Assembly (NCBI GenBank): GCA_035084275.1
Contig: CM068754.1
Location: 13,082,001 to 13,146,000 of the forward strand
Direction of reading: 5' to 3'
Length of the DNA: 64,000 bases
Source of the DNA: Hydrolagus colliei
Taxonomy: Eukaryota
Positions within the stretch are counted from its first letter, which is position 1. Every line of letters begins with the position of its first letter. The notes under the pieces are model-generated. The model made no database searches. It was not told the origin of the DNA and saw nothing but the letters and a program-made list of their open reading frames with translations. Shown here in pieces: positions 26,740 through 39,840 of the stretch. A program made the translations under genes and the position numbers.

Positions 26740-27680
26740 AATGGTTGAGTAATGGTTAATACTTACAAAGTTTCACCTCTTGAAAATCAAATGTCGACAA
26801 ACGTTATAAAATAATTAGTGTTAACTTTAATGACCTTTTTCAAAAATAAATCAGAGCTGACACCAATGTTAATTGTTTCAAATTTCCAGATGAATTATAA
26901 TGCCTTCTGTTTTCTTATACATTGACTTTGACCTTGGTCTGGTTCTCTTTGGATGAAGTTGGAAATGCAATATTTTTCCAAAGATGACAACTTTCATAAT
27001 ACAAATTGAAAATGCATTCTGATTTACATGTCAATGACGAGACTGAAACATATAAATTTTCGTTTCAACAAAGTACACAGAGTAAAATGATTCTACAAAA
27101 GAGAATACATATTTGGGCAGATGTGCAATTTAACATCAAAGTGGGAAATTAAATAATGTTAATCTTTAATGGTAAATGTGCATTAAATGATAGATATTTA
27201 TTCACTCATCTTTGGTGGCAAAATAATAATTTGTGTCTTTTTTTTGTTCTTGAGCAATTGTCAGCTCCTTTGCAGTGTCAATTTAATGATTATTAATCAG
27301 CAGTGAAGTATGATTTTAGTTTCTGCCAAACTTCCTTTATAGTTCTAGCTGTCAGAAAAACAAAGGCTGCAGTTTACATGGATGGCAGTATTCATTTTAA
27401 GTGAAGAATGGTCCCATCAAAATTCAGTATCTTCTCTGAGCTGAGGACAATTAACACAAGAAAGCTGCCAATGTGGTTTTGGACCAATCTGTCTTTTCCG
27501 TGGGCTCAGTTCAATGAGTCACCTCCACTGGCAGACAGAATTGTTCGCTCTAAGCGGCTGACTTACAGTAAAATAGTGTTCTTGTCATAGATCAAAATTA
27601 ATTAACAAAGCAAATGAAATGGTGCTCTTCTAAAGCTTCAGCTAATCCAACTGAAAATTAGATTAGGAGTGGATACAAAG
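26740..27680. promoter_or_regulatory. Candidate conserved non-coding element / enhancer
   Basis: Repeat-free stretch dense in TGTCA/TGACA, TAAT and nuclear-receptor half sites. Conservation has not been tested. Confidence 0.35.
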
Positions 27681-28684
27681 AAATAAAACACTATTTTGCC
27701 AGTCATTATTGGAACATATGAATATGAATAGAAAAGAATGATTGTCTGTAAAATTCTATATCAGCACTGCAATGCTGAAAATATATCTATTAGCAAGCAA
27801 AACGGATAGAAAAGTGAGCAGGAAATTTATTTCTCACTTCTGTTTTATTGCAATTTCTGGGCTAGCAGGAGGGGAAAACCCCCCCAACAGATTTCACAAA
27901 CCAAACCATTGTGCTCAGGTCAGACGAGAGGGAAATCTTCACTCCAGTGTGCAAAGCTGTGGATCAGACGAGTGATGGTTGTGATATAAACTGTTACGTC
28001 ATTCATTCTTGTGTTTCATTAACAACCTGTGATGTTTGCAATCAATTGGAACAAATAATACATTGGCTGAAGCACTAAAACACACTGTTAACAGCCAGAG
28101 AAAATGAAGCAAGGCTAGGTGAAAAGGTTCCAGTTGGACATATTTATTCAAGACTTGGTCTATAGAGCACAGCAACATAAATGACCTTGGAAATGACTGT
28201 TCAACATTCTTAATCAATTTACTATTAAAGATGTAATTCCGCACTATAAAATTGCTTTCAGACAATGATGTGAAGATGTATTATCATCCAAGTGAAGGGA
28301 CAGGTACTTTGATGTGCTGTCCATTAGATAAAATTAATTATTAACATAAGTATTATATTGATTTTTGACAAACCACATGCAGGCTCTGAAATTTATTGCT
28401 TAAAATAATGGAGAAATCATCACCGAAAATAAAACATAATATCCTATTGCAGATGCCATTTTATGGAGCTATAGTATTTATGCTTCATGATGCCTTTAGA
28501 AAAACAATGCAAGTATTTTATTCCCATCTCCGCATTGCTCTGGGTTCTCAAGGGAACCTCAACCAGTCTGCACCCAAGCACATATACTGAACTACGGCCA
28601 CTTAAGTCTCTTGCACCTGAAGACTAGGTCTCCTGAAACAGAAGTCAACAGTAAAAATCACATCCACTCAATTCAGAAAAACCT

Positions 28685-29002
28685 GTGGTAGTGTCATTGA
28701 CTAGAGGTCACAGATTTAAAATAATTTCTAAAAGAAGCAGATGGGAGATGAGGAGAAATTTCTTGACAGAGCGAGTTGTTAAACTCTGGAATGCATTGCC
28801 TGAAAGTTTGGTGGAGGCCAATTCGATAATAACTTTTAAAGAGAGGTGGATGCTTATTTGGGGATGACGGGTTTGCAGTGTTATGGAGAGAGAGCCGGGG
28901 AGTGGGATTGACTTCGAAATAGTATTTTCCAAAGAGCCGACACAGACTTGATAAGTCAAATGGCCTCCTTTTGTGCTGAATAATTCTATGATTCTATGAT
29001 TC
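28685..29002 (+). mobile_element. CR1 LINE 3' end
   Basis: TRGHRFKI...RRNFLTERVVKLWNALPESLVEANSIITFKER is the CR1 RT C-terminus. The 3' UTR ends in (attctatg)2. Confidence 0.95.
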
Positions 29003-29614
29003 ACTTGTCACAAACTGTGTTGTACAGCAGCAATATTTAATGTCAATAACATGTAAACTGAATGGTGCTCCCAGGGTATTTACCATGAAAGTTTAAGATG
29101 TCTGTATGTTTAACAACACAACCTAATGGCAAGCAGCACAACATAATGCTGCACAGCCCAATGTGAAAAGCTGCTGATCGGTATCGGAAAGATACTACTG
29201 TATATACGCTTTTAAGGAAAACTTTTTGAACCTGAGAGTCCTTGCATGAAATCTCCAGCTTTTATAGATTATCTGTTGCTTAATTCTATTCTATTACATT
29301 AATTGAGAATGCTATATTGATTATATGTACACAACTTCAAAATTGCAATGTTGTATTGCTTTATAATTTCAGATTAAAAAGCTCTATTATGTTCAATTGG
29401 ATAATATAAATAAATTAAAATGTCACCAGGTTAAATTTCCCAATGAATTGCCTGGGAAATTATTAAAACATTCTCAAAATAATCAATGGAAAATGAGCCA
29501 AGTGCTATTAGCCACTGTGATAGGTTACAGAGTGTATTGGAAATGATTTATAATAGAAACAAGACATCAAGCTGAAAAATAGACTGATTCATATTTTCTT
29601 TAATAACAGATATT

Positions 29615-29779
29615 ATAACTCCATCTCGAAGTTCCTCCGCCTCGCCTTCTCCCTGACCTCCTTCAAGTCTCGCCTCAAGACTCTCCTCTTCGATGGACCC
29701 ATCGGCAACTCCTCCTCCCCGCCACCCCCGCCCCACCCCCCAAAATTACAATAAAATTGTAATTTTGTTGTTGTTGTTA
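29615..29779 (+). mobile_element. L2 LINE 3' fragment with internal deletion
   Basis: ctccgcctcgcc...tccttcaagtctcgcctcaagactctcctcttcga (LRLA..SFKSRLKTLLF) and tail tgtaattttgttgttgttgtt. Confidence 0.85.
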
Positions 29780-30029
29780 CTTTAAATCTAATTTGCATGT
29801 TGCTTCAATAAAAAAATAGGGAAACATTATTCCCACATGTTCTACTTTGGGTGGCCTTGAAGCAAGAGATCACCAGGAAAACAGTCACCTCAGTCATATG
29901 CAGATGAACCATCCTTAAAATGCATAACATAGTGCATTCCAAGTGTCACACAATGCCCTTTGTATTCATAATTGATTATTAGGGATATAGGGAAAAGACA
30001 GATAAATGTTAATAAATGGATTGCTCTTT

Positions 30030-30095
30030 CAAACAACCAGTACAGATGTGATGGGCTGAAAGGTTCTATTATTATGGAAATTCCTATGATTCTAT
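30030..30095 (+). mobile_element. CR1 3' tail remnant
   Basis: acagatgtgatgggctgaaagg...ttcctatgattctat. Confidence 0.55.
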
Positions 30096-30374
30096 TACTG
30101 AAATGGGCATGTGAACCTAACATAGTTAAATTCACATCACTTCTCAGACATTCACGCATAATCTGATGTGGTTGTTAAATTTGGTCAGCTCAGTTTCAGT
30201 CAACAATGTGTGAAGGTTTCCCTTAGCTGATTTATCTACAGAAACAGCCAGTTAAAAATACACTGGAATAGTAATTGAGTCTTTCCTGATATTGCTGAGG
30301 AATATGAGAATATGGGATTCATTGTGAAAACTGTTTCAAGTGACATTGACAGAGTATTGTTAAAGGTTGACAAG

Positions 30375-30584
30375 TGTAGGGAGGTTCTCCCATTGTCCAT
30401 CCCAACAACCCTCTAATCAAAATCGGTCATTAACTTTACGACTGCTTGTGGGACATGTGCTGTACGCAAATTGGCTGCCGGATTCACGTATGAGTTACAC
30501 AGCCATGACACTTTGCTGTATGTCATGTGAAGTGCTTTGAAACAGCCTACTAATGTAAAAGACTACATCAAGTGCAAGGATTAA
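30375..30584 (+). mobile_element. Old Deu-domain SINE 3' half
   Basis: Deu core gtgggacatgtgctgtacgcaaattggctgcc; tail gtgaagtgctttga...caagtgcaaggatta. Confidence 0.8.
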
Positions 30585-30984
30585 TGCTGTCAACAAGTGT
30601 TCAGCAACTATTTGCATCGTCATCGCAGGACAGAGCGTAGCTATTCTGAATATATTCGAGCACTCTAATTATCATTTTTTTAATGGGGTATAATGGTATC
30701 TTCAGCCACGCAAATGTCACAAGTCAGTCTTCCTATGTTATATTCTCAGATCTTATTTTGCAAAGCACAGTGGGGAGACCAAGACGGAATGAGAGAGAGA
30801 CAAAAGAATGTATATTCTACACACTGACTTCTCAGAAGACGTCAGCAGTGATTCTGTCTATTTCTGCTGAGAGCACATTTCCTCCTCATTTGGTTCCACT
30901 CTACATAACATGAATCAGGTAAGTTATGCATCTGGGGTAATCAGATGGATTGTTCAAGAGCTTTCCAGCAGGAATCACATGATC

Positions 30985-31098
30985 TTCTATTGCTGGGTCA
31001 TTTCCCGTTCGTATTTCTCCTCCCATTACTGTACAATGAGTTGTCACATGAGCCATTGTACTGGGCGAGAGGAATAAACGATATGCAACGAACTAGCC
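30985..31098. repeat. Imperfect palindrome, Eulor-like ancient repeat relic
   Basis: Perfect inner stem gtacaatg (31031) / cattgtac (31054) with imperfect outer arms tcgtatttctcctccca / tgggcgagaggaataaacga. The family assignment is from memory. Confidence 0.5.
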
Positions 31099-31357
31099 TT
31101 TTTTTTTCATTTTTGTAAGACTGTAGAATTGCTTCAAAGGCGTCTTAGCAATTTTATACTGTTTTCTCTGTAGCATTATCTGCTTTCAAGCCTTAATACT
31201 CCCCTAGTGACTGATGCACATGCTGGGTGACTTTCTCTGATTATAATTCTGCGGCTTGTTAAAATTCGACAAAGAAAAAAAACCAAGAGATTCGGGACCT
31301 GGATTCAAGTCAAAATGCTGCCTCTGATCACAAAAAATGAGCCAAAAATGAAATGAC

Positions 31358-31582
31358 AATAAGAACACAAGAACAGAATTTGCTAGGCGCAAGAAGACAC
31401 AACGTCAATCTAGTTTGTGTTCCACCATCCTGGCAGTTGCTTGACATGTCATGTCCCAAACCGCGTACAAATCCCGAGATATTATTTTCTAGCAGAAATC
31501 TATCTCATTTGCTCTTGAAACCAACCAACATTTTCTGCTTGAACTGTCTCCCTAGGGAACCTGTTCCATAAGTTTACTACCA
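31358..31582 (-). mobile_element. CR1 LINE 3' end (second family)
   Basis: The reverse strand encodes VVNLWNRFPRETVQAENV; the tail is ttcttgtgttcttatt. Confidence 0.75.
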
Positions 31583-31875
31583 ATAGTTCCACTTCTCCCC
31601 CTGGGTGGGGTCACCATGGGGTTTATGTTTTACTTCCTCAAGCACTGCCACTGCATTACCAAGATTTGAAAAGTATATTTGAAATAAATGACAGAGTCAA
31701 AGGTCGACAGTCACCCCAGGGATTTCTCAGGCCTATCATTCACAATATAGTAAAGCCACCCAGGTCCCAGGGATTGGAAAACCAGTGTATGCATTTCCTA
31801 ATTAAATTTACCGGGTCCATCATGGATAAATGAGGATCAACTTATTTGTTTCCTAAGTTTGGGTCGTCACTTGTG

Positions 31876-31990
31876 TATAATAATATAATAATTATAATCC
31901 TTGCATTTGATATATTGCCTTCTCACATATTTGAGACGTCTCATAGCGCTTTACAGAATATACTGTAAAGTGGATTTTGTGGGCAAAATA
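31876..31990 (-). mobile_element. Deu-SINE 3' fragment
   Basis: (aat)n ccttgcatttgatat...gagacgtctcatagcgctttacagaatatactgtaaagtg. Confidence 0.85.
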
Positions 31991-34329
31991 TAGACCCCGA
32001 TGATGGTCCCAGGGAAGGATGAAGACGATTCTTTTCATCCTTGCATTTGTGACAGACGAATGAATGGAAGAGGAAGGAAAATACCAAGATGCCAAAAAAG
32101 TTCACTGTGGGAACCTGAATAAAACTGCTTCAATGAACCAAGGGCCAATTAAGTTTTCTGTGTTAACATATACATACAAGCTATAGAGCATTTAAATGAG
32201 ATTGTTTAATTTAAAAAGGGAAACGTAAACCAATCTAACCTTCATTGTAATTACCTGTTGTTCAAACTCTGTAATGCAGTAGAGGTACATTTTTATCTCA
32301 AGTATTGTCACTTCGAAGTTATGATTTGTTTTACACAGAAATTGCTGAGCAGCTCAAACAGGATATACATCAGATTCTACTGAATGCAGATAAGGAAGTA
32401 GGAACGCAAGCCAATGCATGATCTAAAGCTCTTTACTAATTTATTTATTTCAAATTTTCAAGCCTTTTCCATTCGTATTAAAGTTTCCTTCAAGTCTGAG
32501 ACACTGTTGTCAGGTCAGGTCACTTCTTGAAGGCCTTGCACTTCCACTCCAATTTGCAATTATCCTGGCACCATGTGAAGACGTTAAATGAGCACCCACA
32601 GGCCTTATACTGAAAGATATGCTTTATGATTTGTCGTTCTACTTTTATGCTTGAAAACTGTACATTTTATAGCTGTATGATAATCCTTGCACTGATTTTA
32701 AGGTTCATTTAGCTAATTAATGCACTTTCTCAGAGTAAAAAAGGCTTTTCTGGTGATGCCCATCACAGTCTCATTAACTTTTACAGTATCTTATTTGACA
32801 GTGTGGAATTAGTGTTCATAATCATTTTGAGTTAATTGTTATTGGAAAGCAGGATGGTTTTAAGTGACATTAAAGGAACTTCACTACATTCACGGTAGAC
32901 TAGTTGGGTTGAATGGCCTGTTTCTACTTGGTTCATTAAATTATCATTTTACTTTTTGTAGCTAGTTAAGAGCTAGATATTACATTGTCAACAGGTGTAA
33001 CTCACTCTGGTCATGGTAGTTAAGTCTATGTTTCTGATAGCAAATAGCTAGCAGTGAGTTTACAGCAATAATTGAGTCTCAGTCCTCCGCTGGTTTTCCT
33101 AAACCATTCAAGCTTTTTTCTAACAGTTTCTGCCATGATCAAAATTGTCTGATTCAATTGTTGCTGTCTACTCTTTTCACTTGTATCCTGTTTATTTCAT
33201 TGTACAGTAATCTGCCCGAACATACATTATATAGTACCAATGGAAAGACTCTGTTTTTAAAGTTATTGAAGAACCAGTCATACAACTTGCTCTTCAATAA
33301 GATTAACATATGGACTCTTGAAACGTATGGGGAGAAGGGTATTTAATTCCATTTTGCTCGCTTTAGCTACGCAGTGACAAAGCAAAACTGTTATCCGTCC
33401 AGACTTTCTACGTTCAAATCTTATTAATACGAATGTTAGAGAGAAGGTGAGAGCAGAGAGCTCACTGTAACAATCATTGGCAGAATCTACTTTTGTAGAA
33501 TGGGATCAGTCCATGAGGTTTACAGTCCCATGTGAGTCGGAGATGATATTACTTTCAGCTAAGTATTTGCTGGACAGCATATTTGTCAAACATTGAAGAC
33601 TTTTTTTTATTTGTTTCTCGTTGATAGATGCCAGAAACCAAATACTATTTCAGAGCAAACATCATGATGTTTCATTCAACTATAAGGTTAAGACATTTCA
33701 TTTTCAGACCTGTGAACAGAACCTTATGTACTGAAAATAAAATCCCAACGAAAATGCTTGTGTAGCGAAGCATGAATATCATGGTTCTCTGTTTAATAAT
33801 ACAAAACAAATAGAAAAAAAGCTTACCCCCAAATGTAAACAGTTGAGGAGGATTTGGACTCATTGAAATCTAACAATAATTATATGCTTTGTAGCATCTG
33901 CTACTTATTGTTGGATGTTTTCACCCATGCAAAGTAATTAAAAAAATATATAAATCAGATTATGTATTTAGTGTGACAGTGAAAAGGACACACGAAGGAC
34001 TCCATAAAGTATGCTTGCTTGAAAATATAAATCCCAAATTGAGGATTAATTTTGAAGAATAAATATAAAAGTGTGTGTGTAAGCCATTGATTTTTTATTA
34101 ATTTTAAGAATATATACATGTACTGTATTTAAGAGGTAGAAATATAGGACTATTAGATTAAGATAAAATAGCTTTCTAAATTAGTGAAAACTGAAATGTT
34201 TTCACACTAGCCCAAAGAATGTTTGCAATAAACTGAAAGATCTGCATTCTTCTTCATGAAATGAAAGGGGGGAAATGATTATTTCAATCAAGACTTATTT
34301 AGATCCTGAAAATGATTATGATTTTAATG

Positions 34330-34745
34330 GTATAAACACTGATATATTCAGATAAACTAAGACAAGTAGAATAGGGAGGTGGTTATGGGGGAATATGAGA
34401 GTATGCGAGAGAGAGAGAAGGCTTATCTATCACTTGATGGTAACATGTCATAATCAATTTGGGTGGAAAATGTGAATCGTAAGGACAGGAACTGTTGCAG
34501 ACAACCATGACAAAATGAGCAAGTTGACATTGAACTGCTCGCACAAATGAAGCAGACTACTGGAAAATGTGGATTTTTGATCACAGGCAATTTCAATTAT
34601 CTATGATTAAAGTGTTTGGAACAAGTACATCCTTGAGGGGATGAAATTAATTTATTCAAAGTTTCCGGAGTCACTCTTGAAACAGCATGTGGATCAGTGA
34701 ACCAAGGCCAAGACAAGTGTTCTCGTAGTGTGTTGGAATGCATGA
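34330..34745 (+). mobile_element. Highly decayed CR1-type APE endonuclease fragment
   Basis: Hand translation across stops gives SIWVE...GNCCRQP*QNEQVDIELLAQMKQ...LITGNFNYL...LKQHVDQ*TK. This parallels the CR1 ORF2 motifs GVCYRPP, IMGDFNYP and L.Q.V..PTR. Confidence 0.7.
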
Positions 34746-35111
34746 GTAACTGACAACTTATCAGACTTATTTTCACATCAGAGATTGTAGAAGCTGTTAG
34801 ATTTCAGATTTTGAGGGTAAAAGCGATAATAATATAATTAGAGTGTCAAGGTACTTTGGAGGAAAATATTTTCCCTGGATCTAGATTACTTTATCAGTGT
34901 TTTGGAGTATTCATGATGGGTTAAATTTTTTACTGGGTTTGATTTTGCAACTTTTTTCCTGTGAATTATGTTAAGTTCTGCAGAACACCAGCTTCAAAGT
35001 TAAAACAGAATAACCTATTTTGGCTACCCTACCCATTAGAGCTTTGACTTGCAGGCGTAACAGAAGTCAAACTCTTAGTTTATCAGAGTGTATCCTGCCA
35101 ATGGGTATGTC

Positions 35112-35184
35112 AACAACAACAAAAACAACAACAACAACTTTGATTTATATAGCGCCCTCCACGCCGGACGACGTCTCAGAGCAT
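35112..35184 (-). mobile_element. L2 tail-only insertion (family B)
   Basis: (caa)n followed by tttgatttatatagcgccctccacgccggacgacgtctcagagc, near-identical to 49893-49960. Confidence 0.85.
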
Positions 35185-37189
35185 TTTGACTGTCATCAGC
35201 AGTCCCTTAGATTACTGCAAACTCACCTAGCTCAGGAATTGGACTATCATGATTACAACAGAGGGTTTGACTTGATTCCAATATTCATTGCTAAGCACGT
35301 CACATTAGAGGCAGCTCAGCTCCAAGAAGACCCCACATAACTGTGCCCTAAGGAGAATAGTTAAGGTTTGACAACAATTCAGCTCAGATTAAACCAAGGG
35401 CTAATCATAAATTCCCAACAGTAATATCTAAATAAAACATTACATTATCAATATAAATTTCTGAACAGGCAACAATTGTCAGTTCTGCCCTCAGTTTGCA
35501 AACAGCAGATCCATGAGCTAAAGCCAGCTTTTCTCCAGCACAATCAATGAAAACATCAGTTTGATGTATGATACGGAATGAGGTATATTTTTGGTATTCA
35601 AGATTTGACTCCTATTGATTATGAGAAACAAAATGTGGGAACTGTGTTCTGTAAGCATGCTATTGTTGATGGATTTTACATGTCCTACTACTGTGTGACA
35701 TTAAGCTTGTGCTGTCTGCATGATTAAAATCCAGCAACAAAAGTATATTTTTTTCCACATAATAACCTTCTCCTGCAGCCAACCAAGTATAAAATGAAGA
35801 GATAAGCTTGTCAACAGAATATATTTTGTATGGGCAAGCAATACAGATTCAGCACAGAGGAAGATGAATGCAGTATTGTTCTGTTTTTTTTAAAAATACT
35901 GTCAAAATGATGCTTTGGAAATTGTGCAGTTTATCATTTGTTCTATTAAAAGGCAGTTATTACCAGACTAAGTTCTGATTTAAATTATTGTTAAATTAGA
36001 AACTTTATCCACAGGAGGGTTTATTCTACTTTCCTGTATTATAAAAATCTCCTCAACACTGAAAAAAACAACTGTGAAGAATTCAGCATGACTAATTAAT
36101 CACAGTCATGTGTGTGTAGGAGTGTACAATTCTCCTCCCATACTATTTAAGTTAATTCAAACTGAAATTCAAACTAAAATACATCTGTTATAGATTGCCC
36201 TTATAGAGGCAATCTCATAAGAAATCTGTTTTCTTTTGTTAAAAATCCAGTTGTGCTCTGTTTCTATTTTGATGCCGTTTTACAAACTTGGAGATTTTGC
36301 TGATGATACCCTCATTAAAGTCACCAAAATACTAAAAAGAAAGTTAACAATCTTTCAAAGACCAAGCGGAAAGTTCTTTTACATTTAATGGCTGCCTCGG
36401 TGTGAAGCCATTTATTTACCCAGCACCATACTTCACCTCCTATGTTGTGCCTTAGGCCATTGCTCACCAATGTGAAACTCGGTGACAACAATTCTGAATA
36501 TCAAAGCAAATAATATCAACTGCAATTGCACTCGTCCATGTCATCAGCAATATTTTTTTCTTTGACAACTCAACTATAAGTCAGTTAAGAATGACCTCTG
36601 TCACATGTGATGTCATCTGAAATCCTCAGTTATGTTCTACACATGTAACAAATTCATTCCAAATTATTATCCACTTATTGGAAGAGAGATCAGAGCTGGA
36701 GGCAGTTTGGAAGAAGTGAAAGGTTGCTAAAGTAAGATGACTTAATTAAAGCCCTGATGTTATTCATGTAGACAGAATAAATGGTTTAAAGGACAGTGGG
36801 AAACAATGAAGAGACAGTTCTTTTCCTTTCATGTTATACATGTATGAAAAGGAAGGCAACATTTGACAAGTCAAATCGAAGGCGTTCAGAGTCAAATGAG
36901 GTTTTGACAATCTATTGCTTTAGCATGTGAACGTCTGCATTGGAATATTTTTGTATACCATTTGTACACATTTTTAGGATACAGTACAGTCATAACTTAG
37001 GTATTTCAAAGATTTTGTGAAAATACTGCAATGAGCTGAGATAAAATACATCAAGGTTAATCTTTGAAACTCCAGACAAATTAAGTTGACCTGTTGTAGA
37101 CTTTCCAGCGAAGCTAGATAAAGACACTGATCTATTTTCAAAGGATGTGATCAACAGCCACATACTCGTGCTATTAAGCTATTATTACA

Positions 37190-37345
37190 CAGAGACCAAT
37201 GAATTGAAATGAAAAATCCCTGTACTGTATGACATTGATGTGTGTAAATTGGCTTCTGTGTTTTCCCACAAAACACAGTCACTACACCCTCCAGCACTTT
37301 GAGAAGTGCTGCAGACCTGAAAGGCCCTATATCAAATGTAAATAT
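37190..37345 (+). mobile_element. Old Deu-SINE 3' fragment
   Basis: tgtgtgtaaattggcttctgtgttttcccaca...tgaaaggccctatatcaaatgtaa. Confidence 0.65.
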
Positions 37346-38392
37346 ACTTATTGTTGTTCCATGAACTAAACCTCAGATGTACCACTTCACCAGAAAATGT
37401 GTTTGCTCTCTTTCATATTGTGTTGCTAAATTCTTACTTGATTTAATTCTATTTCTTTCCATCTGCAAGTGTGGTAAGTCAATAGATTTAAAATTCATTG
37501 TTTGAGATTCCTACCAGAGCAGGGTTCCTGCAGACAGGTGTGATGAACTTCTGGTTACTGGCAAGAAGTGCTATTTTGCAATTCCTGTCAGAAACGTTCC
37601 GTTTAAGTACCCAATCAAGACAAAAATTGAGCAAGTAGATATTTGCAACTTTCTCACAAAAATATAGAAAGGCAGAATATTGAAGTATGGACATCTTGAG
37701 TGTTGTTAGCTTCACTTCTCACATTCTACTATGGGATGAATACAATAGTAAATCATTATCACCAGTGAGGGAAAAATAACAATATGGCAATTATCAGAGA
37801 CAGATATGATTAACTTAAGTAACTTTTTGTATTCTGGTGTTTTAAAACAACCATGCCATCAGCATTCAAAATTCCAACTGTAACATGTTGTATCATCATT
37901 TGAAATATTCAGTGAATTATAAAGAATGCTGCAGCATGGAAACAGAACATTTGGTCCAACTCGTCTTTGCGATTGTTTTTACTCCACACAAGCCTAAATA
38001 TTGCTTATTAATAACTGTCATCATTTCCAATAAATGTGCATTTTAGCTTTTACAAATGCAGTAAAATGTATCATAAAACAATGGGAATGATTTGTTCCAA
38101 AATAATTATATGCATGAAAATCTTTTTGCATCACGCTATATGTATGTTCTGCACACATCGTGATCGGAAAAGTATGTAAATAAATATATTCAAATAGAAT
38201 AGCTATTATTGTAATATTAGCTCCAACCTACTAACATTATATAATTTTAAAATTAAATATTTCTCTCCAGTAATTGTAACATCTAAATTAGGAAATTGGT
38301 TTCATGAATGGCTGAATTTTTCATTCACCTTTTGACTGACAAATTGTATAGCATGGAACCGGGTAAATTCATTCAGTCTCAGCCGAGGTAAC

Positions 38393-38422
38393 AATTGAAA
38401 TTGAAATTGAAATTGAAATTGA
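38393..38422. repeat. (AATTGA)5 microsatellite
   Basis: Read directly from the sequence. Confidence 0.9.
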
Positions 38423-38431
38423 GTGTGTCAG

Positions 38432-38815
38432 CCCGGTTCTAGTAAGTAACACTCTCACCTCTGAGTCAGAAGTTTGTGGGTTCATGTCCCAAGTCGGGAC
38501 TTTGAGCTAATAAAGTCTAGACTGGCACTCCAGTTGTGTGCTACATTGTTGGAGACTCAATCCTTCTGATGAGACACTAAACTGAGGTCCCTTCTGCCTA
38601 CTCATTTGGATGTTAAGGCACATGTTGATAAAAGAGAAGGAAGATCCTCACGATGTCCTGGCCACCATTCTCCCCAAAACATTTGATGATCCACTTCCTG
38701 GCTGTTTATGGAACATAAATGTTCAAATTGTCCTCCCAATTTGCCTACAAAACGCAATCACGTTACTGCTTTGAGAACTCCTCCTGATGTGAGAGGTGCC
38801 ATATCAAATGTAGGT
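38432..38815 (+). mobile_element. Near full-length SacSINE1-like tRNA/Deu-domain SINE
   Basis: Head aacactctcacctctgagtcagaagtttgtgggttcatgtccc; body gatgagacactaaactgaggtccc...gtcctggcca; tail gtgagaggtgccatatcaaatgtagg. Confidence 0.8.
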
Positions 38816-39689
38816 ATACTTGTTAAAATATTCTGTGCAGAAAAATGTATGAAACTCAGTATGTTTCAGCTGGAGACAGCATATTTTTAATGGAATACTA
38901 CTCCACTCACAGTTTTTTTTGAAAAGATTTTCACTTGAAGTTTTCCAAAATTGGCTTCAGTAGTAATCTATAAGTGGTTAGAATAACTAATTTTGACTTA
39001 CAGTTGAGTGCCTTTGAGATACAACCTGGGATTTGATTAACTTTTGGCGAAAGCTTTTGAGTGAACTTGAGTTGAATTGCTAATAATTGCGCTAAATGCT
39101 TTTGTTTCTTCATCATGTTTCATCAAATCAAACTATTACTTAAAATACTCACAATGATCCCAAACTTGATTTCTTTATGATTTATTTCCACAGGAGAGAG
39201 TGGGATAGAGAGAGAGAGATCAGAAGACCTATAATTTCATTGTCTTAACATGTAAGACCATTTACCTTAAATTTTAAGATCCCATAGAATTATGGAAAAT
39301 TCTTAAATGCAGTATTAATTTCAGTCCACAAAAGAAACAGGCACAAGTAATACCCCAATTTCCCCTGACCCTAAGTTTACAAGAGTAAAACAAAGTATCA
39401 AAACAGCACTGACAGGCACTTGTTACATTATGTAATGCTTTAATATCAGAAATAAGTAACAATGTGCTAGAAATACACTCTAGTGTACTTTTGACATTCA
39501 TAAGTCATTTGACATTTCGTGTTGCAGACTATGATATTATGAAATTTACTTACCCAATTTCCTGCCTTGTAAATTAGCTAGTCAATCATTATCTTGTATT
39601 TAATTCATTAGTTTCAACCTCAAAATAATTCATGCAACAACAATAAAAACATGGATGGTGCAAATAATTACTGTTAATTCCGAAAGAGC

Positions 39690-39840
39690 TGAATTGGTTT
39701 TTTACTCATTTGTGATTGTTGTCCATTGTCATTCCTAAATGTCCTGTATAATTGCCTACAAAATACACAGTCAGTATACTTTAGAGTGAATGGCTTTGAG
39801 ATGTGGAAGTTGTTGTATCAAATACAAGGATTATTATTTT
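39690..39840 (+). mobile_element. Decayed Deu-SINE 3' fragment
   Basis: ttgcctacaaaatacacagtca...gctttgagatg...tatcaaatacaaggattattatt. Confidence 0.6.

Noticed and set aside
30836-30924. Plus-strand exon ending at CAG|GTAAGT (30919)
   Set aside because: All three frames from the best upstream acceptor contain stops, and there is no other support.
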